From positions 1,612,001 through 1,676,000 of the forward strand of contig JAYWIR010000002.1 of NCBI GenBank assembly GCA_036172245.1: 64,000 bases of DNA, given 5' to 3'. How positions within the stretch are numbered: position 1 is the first letter of the stretch; every line of letters starts with the position of its first letter. Source of the stretch: Raillietiella orientalis (Eukaryota). Below, in pieces: positions 1 to 11,429 of this stretch. The notes under the pieces were generated by a model. The model did not search any database, was not told where the DNA came from, and worked only from the letters and a program-made list of their open reading frames with translations. The position numbers and the translations under genes were made by a program.

Positions 1-39
1 CCCTCCTCACGTGGTCGTCCTCACGAACCCTGCTGGGTG

Positions 40-190
40 TTTGCTTGACTTTGACTAATGAAGGTCAACAAAGCATCCTACAAGAATCCTTTACTAATGA
101 AGGAAGCTTGGATTTCGGATTCGGGACCGGCGAACCACGCAAAATGTCATGGCCTGGATCAAATCTGGGCGCGCCACCCCTTTCGGTCTA
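40..190 (+). mobile_element. Possible decayed C-terminal part of a Penelope-like GIY-YIG endonuclease
   Basis: Translation LDFD*/KVNKASYKNPLLMKEAWISDSGPANHAKCHGLDQIW resembles the Penelope endonuclease tail (DF..KIL....R+.EA+.I...N....L..IW). It contains a stop and a frameshift. Motif recall only. Confidence 0.3.
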
Positions 191-689
191 ATGAGGAAAA
201 GCCGAAAGGGTGGAGCGTCCAGGTTTCTCGGGTAGGCGGAGAGGTTTCCCCGGGGGGGACGAAGATGTGAAGTGCCGATCCTTGCTACGTACGCATGGGC
301 GTGCAGGAATGGGGGGAGAGGGATCGGTCAAGGGTCGTAGTGCTGGAGAAGAAGGATTTTCCTCACCGGAAGCAAGTGGTATGCCCAACAATGGAGGGGA
401 ACGGCGAAAGAGAGGTTGGTGATGACTGTGGCGGCTCAGGAAGAAATTTGTCCTCAAAGAAGAAGAACCTCAAGAAAGAAACCTAAGAATAATGTAAGTG
501 CTGGGAGGGGAGGCAGGGTTAGGAGCGTGGAGTCACAAGCCAATGGTATTTTCGTGGGAGAAGTAACAGTGCGCGGAAAACGTGGGGTAGATTGCTAAGA
601 GGGATAGGGGAGGACTAGCATTGGCGTGGAGTGTTGTGTGGAAGTCAGGCATTGTTTGTAGTTGTGTACGAGACTGAGGTCAGATTTTG

Positions 690-1250
690 AGTCGGGATCG
701 CCGGGGAGTTTGTTGACAACAATAAACAATACAAGTTGTTGAAACCACGGTCCCTATCAAGTCCTGACGAGGGCACAGCTTGCCGAGTGTCCGATGTGCA
801 GACCGAGTAGGTGGTCTTCACAGCAGAGGGGATGGGAGAAAACAAAAACATAAATAGAAATAACTTTGGGGAGCACTGGAAGGGATCACAGCTTGCTTGG
901 TGCCGTCCTCTGCATCTTCTCGAGGATGCCGGACGTCCATTAGCGCCAAGTGTCTCACCAGCTTTCTTCAGTCTTGCTGTCCTCCGCAAAAAAACGTAGA
1001 GTGGAGTGATGGCGTCCCCATCGCGTCACTCCAGGCCACGACAATCCCGCGTAGGTGGCAAAGAGCTTCTAGGGTCGCAATGCGTCAATCTGGAGGCAAT
1101 GCCTCGCATGCGAAGAGTGGCCTCCGTGGGGTGGCCACATGGGGTCCGGAAGGTCGTCGTCGCAAGACGTTTCCGCACCGGCTGCAGGGTGGCGCAGCCC
1201 ACAACATACACGGCTTCCCGCACCTATCGCAATCTGGGTCCACACTTCTA
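690..1250 (-). mobile_element. 5'-truncated 3' end of a non-LTR retrotransposon (I/Nimb/Loa-like), copy A
   Basis: Minus strand reads VDPDCDRCGK then, after a frameshift, VVGCATLQPVRKRL and LYVFLRRTARL: a degenerate CCHC knuckle plus the 'FLR.T.L' end typical of I-group ORF2. Aligns by eye with 3310-3890 at an offset of about 2.63 kb. Confidence 0.6.
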
Positions 1251-3300
1251 GCTGAGGGTGAATGTGAACGCTTTTCTGACCATGGGGTGTGTGGCTGTAG
1301 AGAAACGATGATCCCTGTGATTCGTCGGAAAATTAGGAGACTTTCTATGAGAGGTCCTAGATTTCAGAAGAAGGAACTGTGTGATAGTACATTTATGTTG
1401 ATTACATGCGTGATTATTATTATTATGAAGTTCGTTGTCATTGAAGGAAACGAAGGGACGTATTCAGCTGGAGGATTATTTATGATGATGATTAGTGCTA
1501 TCATAAGGTGTGTGCCACGAGAAGCCAGGTTATGGGAACACTAATTAACCAGAGTAGAATTGTGGAAGAGTAAGATTGGAGGGGAGTAAGGAGCGGGGGC
1601 GGATGAGGCAATGAGTGGGCATGAAAGGAAGAATCAATAAGGGAGCAGTGGTGGGGGTTTAGGATAGAGTGCGGGCAGTTTGTCGTGGGTCAGAGGTGCC
1701 GGATGCGAAGGGACGACGAGAACGCTTCCGACGCCGGCGGGATACAGAATGACGGCACATGGTGGTGTCTGTTGTGTGGAAAAAATGTTGATGAGAATGA
1801 CCATGGATTGGGAGGTAATAGAGAGTAGGAGAGCCATGATTATAAGATTGGTATAGGAGCAGAACAGGAGGGATCCTGTTACGATTAAGGTCATGCAAAG
1901 GATGTGCCGACATGGGTTCGATGTTAAGGTGGCACGCGGGTGCAAAGGTGTGGAAGTAAGACGAAGGGGATGAATAGGGAGTTATTTTGTTTTTGAAAAG
2001 GCCTGCATGGTAAGAGTTCAGGATGGAGATTGAGATGTGGGTTGTTTTGGTCCGGGTTGTGGAGGTTTTGTGCGAATGGTGGGTGCATCCTAGGGGGTTT
2101 GTTGAGGTTAGAAATAATGTTGGGGGCGTGAGTAGATGATTGTGAGAGGGAATGAATATGAGATGCTGATTTTGATGGGGTCTAGGATCCGTAAGGGAGC
2201 TATGCGATTGTGTTGGGCTGTATTAGTTAGGCGGGACTGGGGTATTGATTATTGTCGTAAGGGATCTGTCAGCGTTACTGGATGTTAAGGTTGATGGCAT
2301 TTTTTATTGTTGATGATGCTGGGTGTAGGAACGAGGTGGGGAGTGGCTTTGTTGAGGTGTAGTGTTTTTGTGGAGGAAGGGGTGACTGAGTAGGGAGCAG
2401 TATTTGAGAAGGGTTGGGATGATCGGTGAGGTGAAGCGTTGCTTGGTGTTGGTAGTTGCAGTGCTACCTCTTTTGTAATATTGAAGTGTGGGATAGGGAT
2501 GGGTGGTGGTTTGATGTTTGGGTTTGTGAGAGTGGTCTTGAGTGCCGTAGGTGTGTGTACATTTGTGAGGGTTGATTTCCTGGTTTTATTTACTCCTCGA
2601 AGGCGGAGGTGGTGACCGCAGGATGATGCGGTTATCAGAGAGAGCGTCTGGGAGCCAGAATTTCCAAGTTTCATTTCCAATCTTTGTTTTTTTTTTTTTT
2701 GGTTGGCGCGATTAATTATGTGGGAGATATGAGGTTGATTGTAAGAAGGATGGAATGGAAGTGGTGACGTCAGTTGGGAGTTGTTTTTTTTTTGGAAAAT
2801 TACCAGTGTATGGGGTACATCTGTAGCTTCCTAAGGCTCATGCAAAGCATGTTTCTTATGGTTCAGTGATTCTTGCGAGGACTACGTTGAAGTTAGGAGG
2901 TTCTGGGTTACAGCGATTATTTAGGTATGGAATCTTGAGATTTTATTTGATAGGGGTTGAGACAGTGGGCAGCGTACGTAGTGAGGAGATTCATGATTTT
3001 GACACGTGCACTGCAAGGTGATTGGAGCGTATTCTTCATATCCTAGTGATTGTAGGCGGAAGAGAATACAGGACTTGGAGGGTTTGTGTTGTTGATGGTG
3101 ATTCATAGTTATGTATCATCTGGCCTTTATTTTTTCTTAGGAGCTTAATATATGAATGATTAGCGAGACGATCTATGCAATCAGGTGGTGGTATAAGGGT
3201 GGGGATTCACTGGTTCATTTTGACTTTACGTTTGTTCAATGTTTCGTACCCGTTGAGATAAGGGTTTATTGGAGAGCTTGCCACATATATTGGAATGGTT
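1251..3300 (-). mobile_element. Heavily decayed Penelope-like element relics (RT-like and GIY-YIG-like traces)
   Basis: Minus-strand fragments FVSFNDNELHNN (cf. LVSFDV.SLFTN), PIPHFNITKEVALQL..FSNT, SIINNKKC..DRSLTTII and TSESPPLYHHLI are spread over broken frames. Strong G/T skew on the plus strand. Weak motif-level similarity only. Confidence 0.3.
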
Positions 3301-3309
3301 CACACCCAG

Positions 3310-3890
3310 GTTCTCTGGGAAGTTTATTTAAAATAAAATAAACATTTACAATTTCTGTGGTTGGATCTGTGGTCCAACCACGTCCTTTCTGAAGGTACCC
3401 TGTCGTGTTTCCAGATCACAGACCGGTGAGGACCACCACGACAGTAGAGGGAAGGGGACAAACAAAAGGAAAAATAAACAATTCTGGGAGTGAGGATGCG
3501 GGAAGGGATCATGTCCTGTTGGGGACAGTTCTCTGCATCCTTTGGAGGATGCCGGCATGTCTTGCCTGATACTGATGCCCAGGTGGGGCCATCTGGCCTC
3601 CGTAAAAAGCGGAGACCGAAGTGGACGGCATCCCTGTCGTTGGCTCCTCCGTTGGTTTCACTCCACGTCTCCATGACCCTACGAAAACAGCAAAGTGCTG
3701 CAAGGGCGGAGGCTGGGTGTAGGGCGTCTCGCACAAAGAGGAGTCGCATAACGTTTCTCAGGTTGCCTTCGGGGGTTCCAAGGGTCGCGACAAAGTATCC
3801 CCAAAGGGTCTGGAGGGCAACACAGTCCACTAGGAGGTGCGGGAGGAATTCCCGCTTCCCGAACCTTGCATAGTTTGGGTCCACACACAC
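3310..3890 (-). mobile_element. 5'-truncated 3' end of a non-LTR retrotransposon (I/Nimb/Loa-like), copy B
   Basis: ORF 3324-3890 begins VDPNYARFGKREFLPHLLVDC. Combined with copy A (CDRCGK) this gives C-x2-C-x7-H-x4-C. It is followed by LRFLRR, a conserved hairpin at 3535-3552 and a minus-strand AATAAA near 3325. Confidence 0.65.
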
Positions 3891-4165
3891 CTGGAAATTG
3901 GAATGGTTAGTATGGTGGTTTGTGCACTTGGGTATTCATACATTACAAGAGGAAGTTACGGAGTGAAGATACTCAGTTGGATGACTCAGTGTTAGAAGGG
4001 GAATATGGAGCGATGATTTTATTGTTTTACATGCAGTTGCAAGGGGTTTGCCTGAGTAATACGTAAGCATTGGTGTTAAGGTGCTTTCATTCACGAGTGA
4101 CGATTTGTGGAATGGTATGGTTGTCTTTGGGGTACATAAGTTGGTACGGTAATATTCCTGCATTG
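3891..4165 (-). mobile_element. Possible decayed Penelope-like RT N-terminal fragment
   Basis: Fragment YQLMYPKDNHTIPQIVTRE resembles the Penelope RT motif (LPK.HK...P.RPIVS). Frames are broken. Confidence 0.25.
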
Positions 4166-4169
4166 AGTT

Positions 4170-5750
4170 ATGCACAGCTGTTGCCGTGCTTCCCTTCTGA
4201 GAGTCCCGGACTCTCCTCATCCCACTCTAGTCCGGGAAAATATGCCACACTATCAGCAGGATTCCGCAGATGCGCGCAATCGTTCACTCCGTCGCTCTGC
4301 CCCTCCTTTCTCGCCGTAAGGAGGGTGATGGAACGTTCCGTGGATCTCATCAGTTAATGCATCCTGGTCTTTGTGTTCGAGACGACTTTCCCCGTCCTCG
4401 TTTCCCGGAAGTTATTTCGAACCCTGCAAAGTGCTTCTCCAATGAGCTCGTGCACAGGCGACACGTGGCTTCCCTGTTCTCTGAACTCTCCTCCGCTTGA
4501 CTACAGGCGTCCAGAATCCTGTACGGTAGAGGGGAGGATAAAAGCAAGTGCTTCATGGCAGTCCGCGTGGAGAGCCGTGTGGTCACGGTCTCTGAGCGTG
4601 ACCCCAAGGGTTCGAATACTCCGAAAGGAATCGACGTAGTGCGTCGTGGGTTTCGTGTTCCTCCCGCGAGATGACTCCAGTTAGCCTCCATTCGTTCTCG
4701 TGGGGTACCGGTAGCGGTTCAAACCGGATGCCCCTTATGAGGGCCGGGACAATGGGTGTCGACCTTCGGATCTTTCCAGGAATCAAGGAGTGGAAACCCC
4801 CCTCCGGTTGTGAAGGAGTGGATTCGTTCCGATGTCGTTCAGATGGAGTAGGTGTGTCGCCACTTTCCCAGAGAGTGCAGAAAAGCGAGCTGATCCCTTC
4901 GGGGAAGCAGCGCCCTTTTGAATATCGGAAGCATCCCTTCGGGGTTCTCTTCAGAGGAGTAAAAACAGGAGCAGTTCCCTTGCGGGTTTCTTCTGGAGAA
5001 GGAAAAATGGGGCAGACCCCTCCGGGGTCCCTCCGGAGAGAATAAGAAAGGAGATTCCCTTCGGAGACACCAGGGTGGAGGATCCCTCCCCAGGAGTGAG
5101 AGGAACGGACTCCGAGCCCTTTCTGCATTCATAGGATGGACCACTCCTGAGGTATCCCTTATCTTGAAGAATCACACGCACCCTCGGTTAGAGTGGAACA
5201 GTATCGGCTTTCGCTCAAGATCCGTGTCCGAGCGCCTGGCACCGCCCCTCACAGGAACCCACTTCGCCGTCGCGACGGCCTTGTGATCGCTGTGAACATT
5301 ACCGTCCAGGCCAAGGTGGACGAAAATGCTTCCTGGAAGTCTGCATAGTGGATGCGAATCTAACACTGCGACCTTGTTTACGCAGCGGAGAAAGAAATGC
5401 CGAACTGTCTGCCTCCTCCAATGGTCAAGCCAATCAGCTTGCTCTCGTGTATTCCGATGAGGCATGCATATGCATGCACGCCCATGCATGGGCATATCCG
5501 TCCGCAGCTCCCATACCAGAGCCTCTGATAAGTAGTCCTGAGTCCTGAGCGTAGAGAAGTTGTGCCATGCGACGTCCTGTAGATAAGAACGATCCAGCAT
5601 TCCAACCTCAGTGCAAGGACACGATCACGCTTATAAGCCCATGGTACAACGCCGAAAGAGACTGTATTTTCAAATGTGAAAACCGCGAGCGATGCAGCAA
5701 GGAAGAAACCGATTTTCGGGCGAAGCATCCAGAAAGAGCGCGCTTGAATT
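4170..5750 (-). repeat. Unclassified GC-rich dispersed repeat, copy A
   Basis: Direct similarity to 21830-23640, e.g. ccctccggagagaataagaaaggagattcccttcggagacaccagggtggaggatcc vs ccctctggagagaatgaggaagagatccccttcggagacaaccagcgtggaggattcc, and atcttgaagaatcacacgcaccctcgg vs atcttgaagagtgacgcccaccctcgg. Outer boundaries are approximate. Confidence 0.7.
4885..5075. repeat. Degenerate ~41-nt tandem array (about 5 units) with CCCTTCGGGG-type cores
   Basis: Unit cores gatcccttcgggg, catcccttcgggg, gttcccttgcggg, gacccctccgggg and attcccttcggag recur at about 40-42 nt spacing. Confidence 0.7.
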
Positions 5751-5949
5751 CTGGGATCAAAAACACCGTGCCTGCCAAGGAGGATGCCCACTATCATCGA
5801 GATTGCGGATAAGGCTCCGCGGGTTTCGCTCAAATAGGCTCGATAATCCACTCGCTTGCAGGGAATCCCAACTGCAAGTACCACGGCCGACGCGTCCCCG
5901 TGACTTTATTTTCACAGACAAAGCATCGTCCAGAAAACACACGATCGAC

Positions 5950-7020
5950 GATCTGCGTTTTCGGTACCCGTAGCCAGAACCGTAGGGCGAATTCACGCCA
6001 GAGCATCTACATCTTCTTGGCCAACCTGAGGGGGGATTGTGACTGCACTCTTCACTCATACGGAACTTTCACGAATCGACGGCAGCAGGGTCAGCTCCAC
6101 TCTTTCCTGAGAAACACAGAGTCAAACACAGGGTCATTTCCTTCTCCCTGCCGCTCATGATCGCACACAACGATTTCAGAGAGAATGTGACATCAGAAAT
6201 CAAAGATCTTGGTGGATATACTCATCATTCAAGCAGGAGCACAGGAAAGCATGCAACATGCATGTGAGAACCTGCGCTTCCTGGAAATGCAAACCCAACC
6301 ACAGCACTAGGAAACTTACCTGCTTGGCCCATTCTCTCCAAGAGAACCTTATGCAGCATCTCATCACACACCATGCCAACGCAGCCGAGAGCAAACGGAA
6401 ACTGTGCTGCAGGAACGCCGGCAATAGCTTCGAGACAAAGCATGTGCTGCAACTCGTAGCAGCCTGGAGCAGCTACGCACAGTCCACAGAAAAGGCACTT
6501 CAGGAAATTCTGCCAGTCACCATCGTGCCACAGAACCTTTTCTTCGTCGTAGTGACGCTAAGCAACAGCCTGACCGTCGTGCAACCAGTTCTGAACTTAC
6601 CTTCAACAGCACGATGAAAAACTGCCAACAACTGCTCAAGTTCACAGGGAGGGAATGCACGAGCAACAGTAAGTCGGACATCAGTTCCGACAACGCCAAA
6701 CAAGCTGAGGGCTGCTTCTCCCTTTGAAGGAACCAGGTCAGCAAGAGAGAAAGCTCTTTGGGGAAGACATCTATTCTCGTTAAAAGTTGGTTCCGTTGCT
6801 TGGCAATCCAGATTGTATGCACACTAACAGCATGTGACTTCCATTGGTATGTAATCAAGGATGACGATTCGCGAGACTGCCTAAATGCTTTCAATTGTAA
6901 TATTGCAATGAATTTGCTGCTGACTCACTCCAAAACCAAGAATTTCTATTCAAGGTGTCAGCAGTCCGCAAGATTTCGACTGCCACCAGGTGCATCGCGA
7001 CTAATTAAGTTGTCCTGATC
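5950..7020 (+). mobile_element. Possible decayed LINE APE-endonuclease region
   Basis: IYIFLANLRGDCDCTLHSYGTFTNRRQQGQLHSFL resembles the APE 'GDFN.H...WG...N.RG..L..F' segment. Multiple stops follow. Confidence 0.3.
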
Positions 7021-9844
7021 AGAGAGTACAGCCTCTCATTCATCAATTTATGCCATCATCTGCTGTGCTTTGTATTATCTACGCATATTGTCTACATTCT
7101 GCAAACCGTCACTGCTTTTCCATAAACATGCATTTCCAAGGAGATGATTTCTGTCTCCTCTTTGAGGGGAGCCCGCTTGTAAACTTTAATTCTATTTATT
7201 TGTTTATTTATTGTTCCTCTCCCCTTTGTTTCCACTTCGGGTCTCCTTTCAAATGAAAAAATGCACTAAATTATCAAAAGAGGAGCGAAAAGGGTGTTGT
7301 CTCCAAGGTAATCAAGCACTGGTATGGTGATGGGTTGACGTGCACCTGTATTTTTTTGGTCGTAACAGCCTGCAGAGAACCAGTCATCTGCTTTCGTAGT
7401 GCATTACAGCAGGTGGGCAAATTGAAGACATGACACACTGTGTTGATCCCTGCTTTTTCACACCGTCCTCCTATTACAAGAAAAGGTTGCAAAAAGCTAG
7501 GTAGGGCTCTCATCGCATAAAAAGAGTGCAAGCACATCGGTATTTTACAATCCTTCAGGATTCAAATGGATTTAAATGATGATCATTGTACCACATTTCT
7601 CTGCATTTTCATCTATTTCAGTAGACTTACTGGAGTAGTCGTAAAAATGTTTCTCGTTTAAAGTGATAGAAGACCTTCCTGAAAGCGAAAATGAGTTGGG
7701 GAACCCCTTTTAGAGGTGTAGAAGAATACAGGACAGAAAAGTTTTGTGCGTTGATTTGAAGCCGTAGGACCAACCATTCTCCGCAGAGTCTGAGCCTTTG
7801 ATGCATAGCTTCCAAAGATCTTTCTATGTGTACCTGCTGAAAATTTGAAACCCTCGAACGTTATCTGCATGCACTGAGATGATAACTTCTGGAAGGTGCG
7901 ACTAAAAGGTGCCACTTTCGTATCAATTTCCATGTCTACGAGAAATCGCGATTCACACCGCTACTTACTGATAATCCCTGCATAAAGTGATTTTTCTCAT
8001 GTTTATAAAGGGAATACTCACGTCCTTTGATTTAAGTGGGACATTTTGTTTTTAACAAAGGAGAGTACTTTCTAGATTCGAACTTGGCAGAAACGCATGC
8101 ATGAAATCGGGACCTCATCTTGGTAGATGATCCGAATGCCGAGTTTCATGCGTTAATCGTGAGTTTTAAGAGACACAATTAATAATGTTCAACTTTGAAT
8201 ATACTGATAACTTCTGTTGGGGACTGATATCAATTTTATGGTCACATGCAGCCAAATGGTAGAGCTAGTCAAGTTGGTTAGGAAGCATAGGATGTTCTGG
8301 TAGACCTGTGGCGGGAGTGACAAAATGTCCCGACGTCAACACAGTTCATTCGACTTTTGAGCACCGCATGTCACTGTCCTGCTAATTATAATATATAAGG
8401 TATAGGCCGCATCCATTCTGCTGCAATATTCGCGGGATGTCTCGTTTTGAAATAAACAAAATCTGTAACCCATCTGATCCCTTTGTCTAGCAAACTTGGA
8501 TTGATAGCAATCTCCAAAACAACAAAGGTTGAATGTTCAGTTTTGTGCACAACTGTTACCAGCACTTCGAACACAGAGATCTATAGAAACAAGAGTGCTT
8601 CCGGCAGAAACGCTGTTAATCGTATGTCAGACTTCGAAGATGAAAGGGGCCATGCCAAGAACTGGAACTAAAAATATCACTGGACCATTCTCGTCTTCCG
8701 TCGGTTCTGTCTTTTTTCCGTGTTTTCTAGCAACGGTAGGCCCCATGAATTATCTGTTTCTTGAATGCCACCAGCCGGGATGGTTTCTGCTGAGCTGAGG
8801 ACTTGCAGCTACCTAGATCTGCAATCCAAGACGCTTCCACAGGGAAGTTGTAAGAGGAAAAACATGGATGGCGACTGATTAAGACACCTAACAAGCGCGA
8901 AATCGAATTCGAGAAAACCTGTATCTCAGATGGTAGATTTTTACAATTTTGTGGAATTGTTCGAACATGCTTTCGTAACTTCCCCATGAAAATTACTTCG
9001 TTAGCAAGCACGAGATGTACAAATTAAAGGAAACAATGTTAAAAACATCATCGTATATTTGAAGTTAAAATGACATACCAGCGAACAAAAATAACAGAAA
9101 ACAAACAGGATACCGTAACCACGAAGGAAACAAATGATTTATTCATACTGAACAGTCATTTCAAATCACTACAGAGTAAAATTAAGAACGTATTGGTACA
9201 TCTGATTAAAAGTTACATACATTATATGCAAATCAATAATGTGAATAGCAAGTACTTCTCGAGTTAATGGATACATGTCGTGGTCAACACAAGATATCCA
9301 CATGCATGTGAAAACTTTTGTGTGGAAATGTCACATGCAGCGACTGAAATAATAAAAAGTATACCATTAAAATGCTCATTTTGGAGCAGTAGAGGGAATC
9401 ACTAGTTGTGTACTTTATTATAAAAAAAGAACACTTGCCAATAGAAGTTACCTGCCTGAAAATGAAAAAATGCTGACTCCATAAAACAGATCATTGGCTA
9501 GGACTGACCCAACCAGACAGTTCTACTTCAGAAAACAACACAAAATACAATTTTATTTTCTTGAAACCTAAACTATTGAATGGGGGGAAAACAGGTGTCC
9601 ACAAATGTCAAACTGTATTGCTGTTCTTGATTAGTCACATCTGGGAAAGATATTCATTGGCTGTGGCTTAAATGCTAACAAACTGCAAAAAGCTTTGAAG
9701 TCTTGCAACATATGGCAAGCTTTACTTGTTTAAATGCCTGGGATACATTATGACCAAACAGATTTATCATTCCCACAATAATACCAGTTTGCAAAACACT
9801 GGCTTCTGTACATAAAAGTAATGATGCAGGTGTTCAAGAACACT

Positions 9845-11429
9845 TTAAGAAAGAGGCACATTATATCCTGCCAGTTGATTATTTATCTTCTCTGTGAATG
9901 AATCTACGTCTACTGAAGATGGTGCACATGCATCAATCCATTTACGAATACTGTGTTTAAGGTAACTGACATTTTCTTGAGTTTTTGCAGAGATCGCAAT
10001 GATTTCTCCAAACACTTGACGTTTCTGTGGAAGAACATCCTCTGATAAAGTACTGTAACCTAGGAACAAAAACACTGATACATGACCATTTTTTTCTAGA
10101 GTTTGTGAAACGAAATTACTTTTTGATATATACATATATGTTAGATGCATGCTATGTACATGGTATTACTAGGAAAACAAGAAATTTATGTAATTAAAAT
10201 TTTGCAAAAATCACTGCTCTGAAGAAGGCAGGAAGATGGTGCACCAAACAGATTGAAAAGTAGCATATGAAACTCACAACTGTTGTTCTGAAAATGGGCC
10301 ACTGTTTCCTTTAGAATAGGTTCACTTCCTTGACAGTCTACTTTATTAAGGACTAACAAAGCAGGCTTATCAATTAGCTCCTCTTTATATAACTCTAATT
10401 CCTAATGATAAACGTCTCACAAAATTTAAAAGTAAAACTGTTTTTACCTTGTTCAATAAGTATACGGTTTCAATAGCAGTCCTCTTCACTGATGATGTCT
10501 TCAACTGAAATCCCATTACATCTACCAAAATCAGCAAAATTCTAGTTCTTTCCACATGTTTCAAGAATGTATGCCCCATTCCATGATTCTCATGAGCACC
10601 TTCAATCAGCCCAGGTAGATCAGCCATGGAAATCTGTCGGAAATCATCATACACCAGATTACCAATTTGCGGCCTAAGGGTTGTGACTACACCAAAAGTC
10701 CAGCATCAAAATTCTGAGACTCATACATGGATAAGATGCAATTTTCGGTTTGGCTCTGGATAATGCTTTCAATAGAGTAGATTTCCCTGCATTAGGAAAT
10801 CCTACTAATCCTACATCAGCTATTATTTTCATGTCCAATGTTATATGATGTGCCTGTCCTTTTAAACCACAAAATCCTGTTGACTCAGACCCTCCAGCAC
10901 CCCCATATGCAGCTATCACTTTATTTCCTACAGTATTCAAAGCACCTATTATCAATTCATCCTAGATGTTGCAGTTATTCTTCCTTCACAAACAAACCTA
11001 TAAAAACTCCATGCTCTGTCCTTACATTGGTACCAACTGGCACAGGAATTTCAATATCCTTTCCAGGTTCTCCCATCATTTTATATTTTCTGCTACTTTC
11101 TCCATGTCCTGCAGTCAACTTTCCTAACTGGAAAAACTTATATGCTGTTGTAAGAGTATTTCCTGGAACATGAAATAATGCTTAATATGTTGTAAGAATC
11201 ATTTCAACTGTAAGAAATCATATAATATCTCCAGATTTAAACAAAATACTGACAAAAGCATGCAAATATGGGGACTTATGAAGGAACATGGCAAACCTTC
11301 CTCTGCTACCACAAATACATGTCCACCTCTACCACCTCTTCCACCAATTGAAGGCATTCCATTACCACCACTTCCAGCTTTCACAAACAACTTTAAGGAA
11401 TCTAGAAACCTATATTTCTTCACTTTCAT
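9845..11429 (-). CDS. GTPBP10: GTP-binding protein 10 (Obg family GTPase), multi-exon
   Basis: Spliced exons give [43 protein letters not shown] (G1), [19 protein letters not shown] (G3), NKVD (G4) and ISAK (G5). Introns are GT-AG, e.g. 10687-10726 (40 nt). The start codon is uncertain and an upstream exon is possible. Confidence 0.92.

Noticed and set aside
1250..3300. Mitochondrial insertion (NUMT) suggested by the G/T skew
   Set aside because: No recognisable mitochondrial protein, rRNA or tRNA motifs.
4326..4356. Minus-strand CTGATGAG..CGGAACGTTC as a minimal hammerhead
   Set aside because: GGAA replaces GAAA and there is no stem I pairing.
4885..5075. Tandem hairpin array as a CRISPR array
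   Set aside because: The context is eukaryotic, the units are degenerate along their whole length, there are no unique spacers and no cas genes.
8400..8800. Possible APE N-terminus (LGLIAISKTTK)
   Set aside because: A single weak motif, too decayed to support a call.
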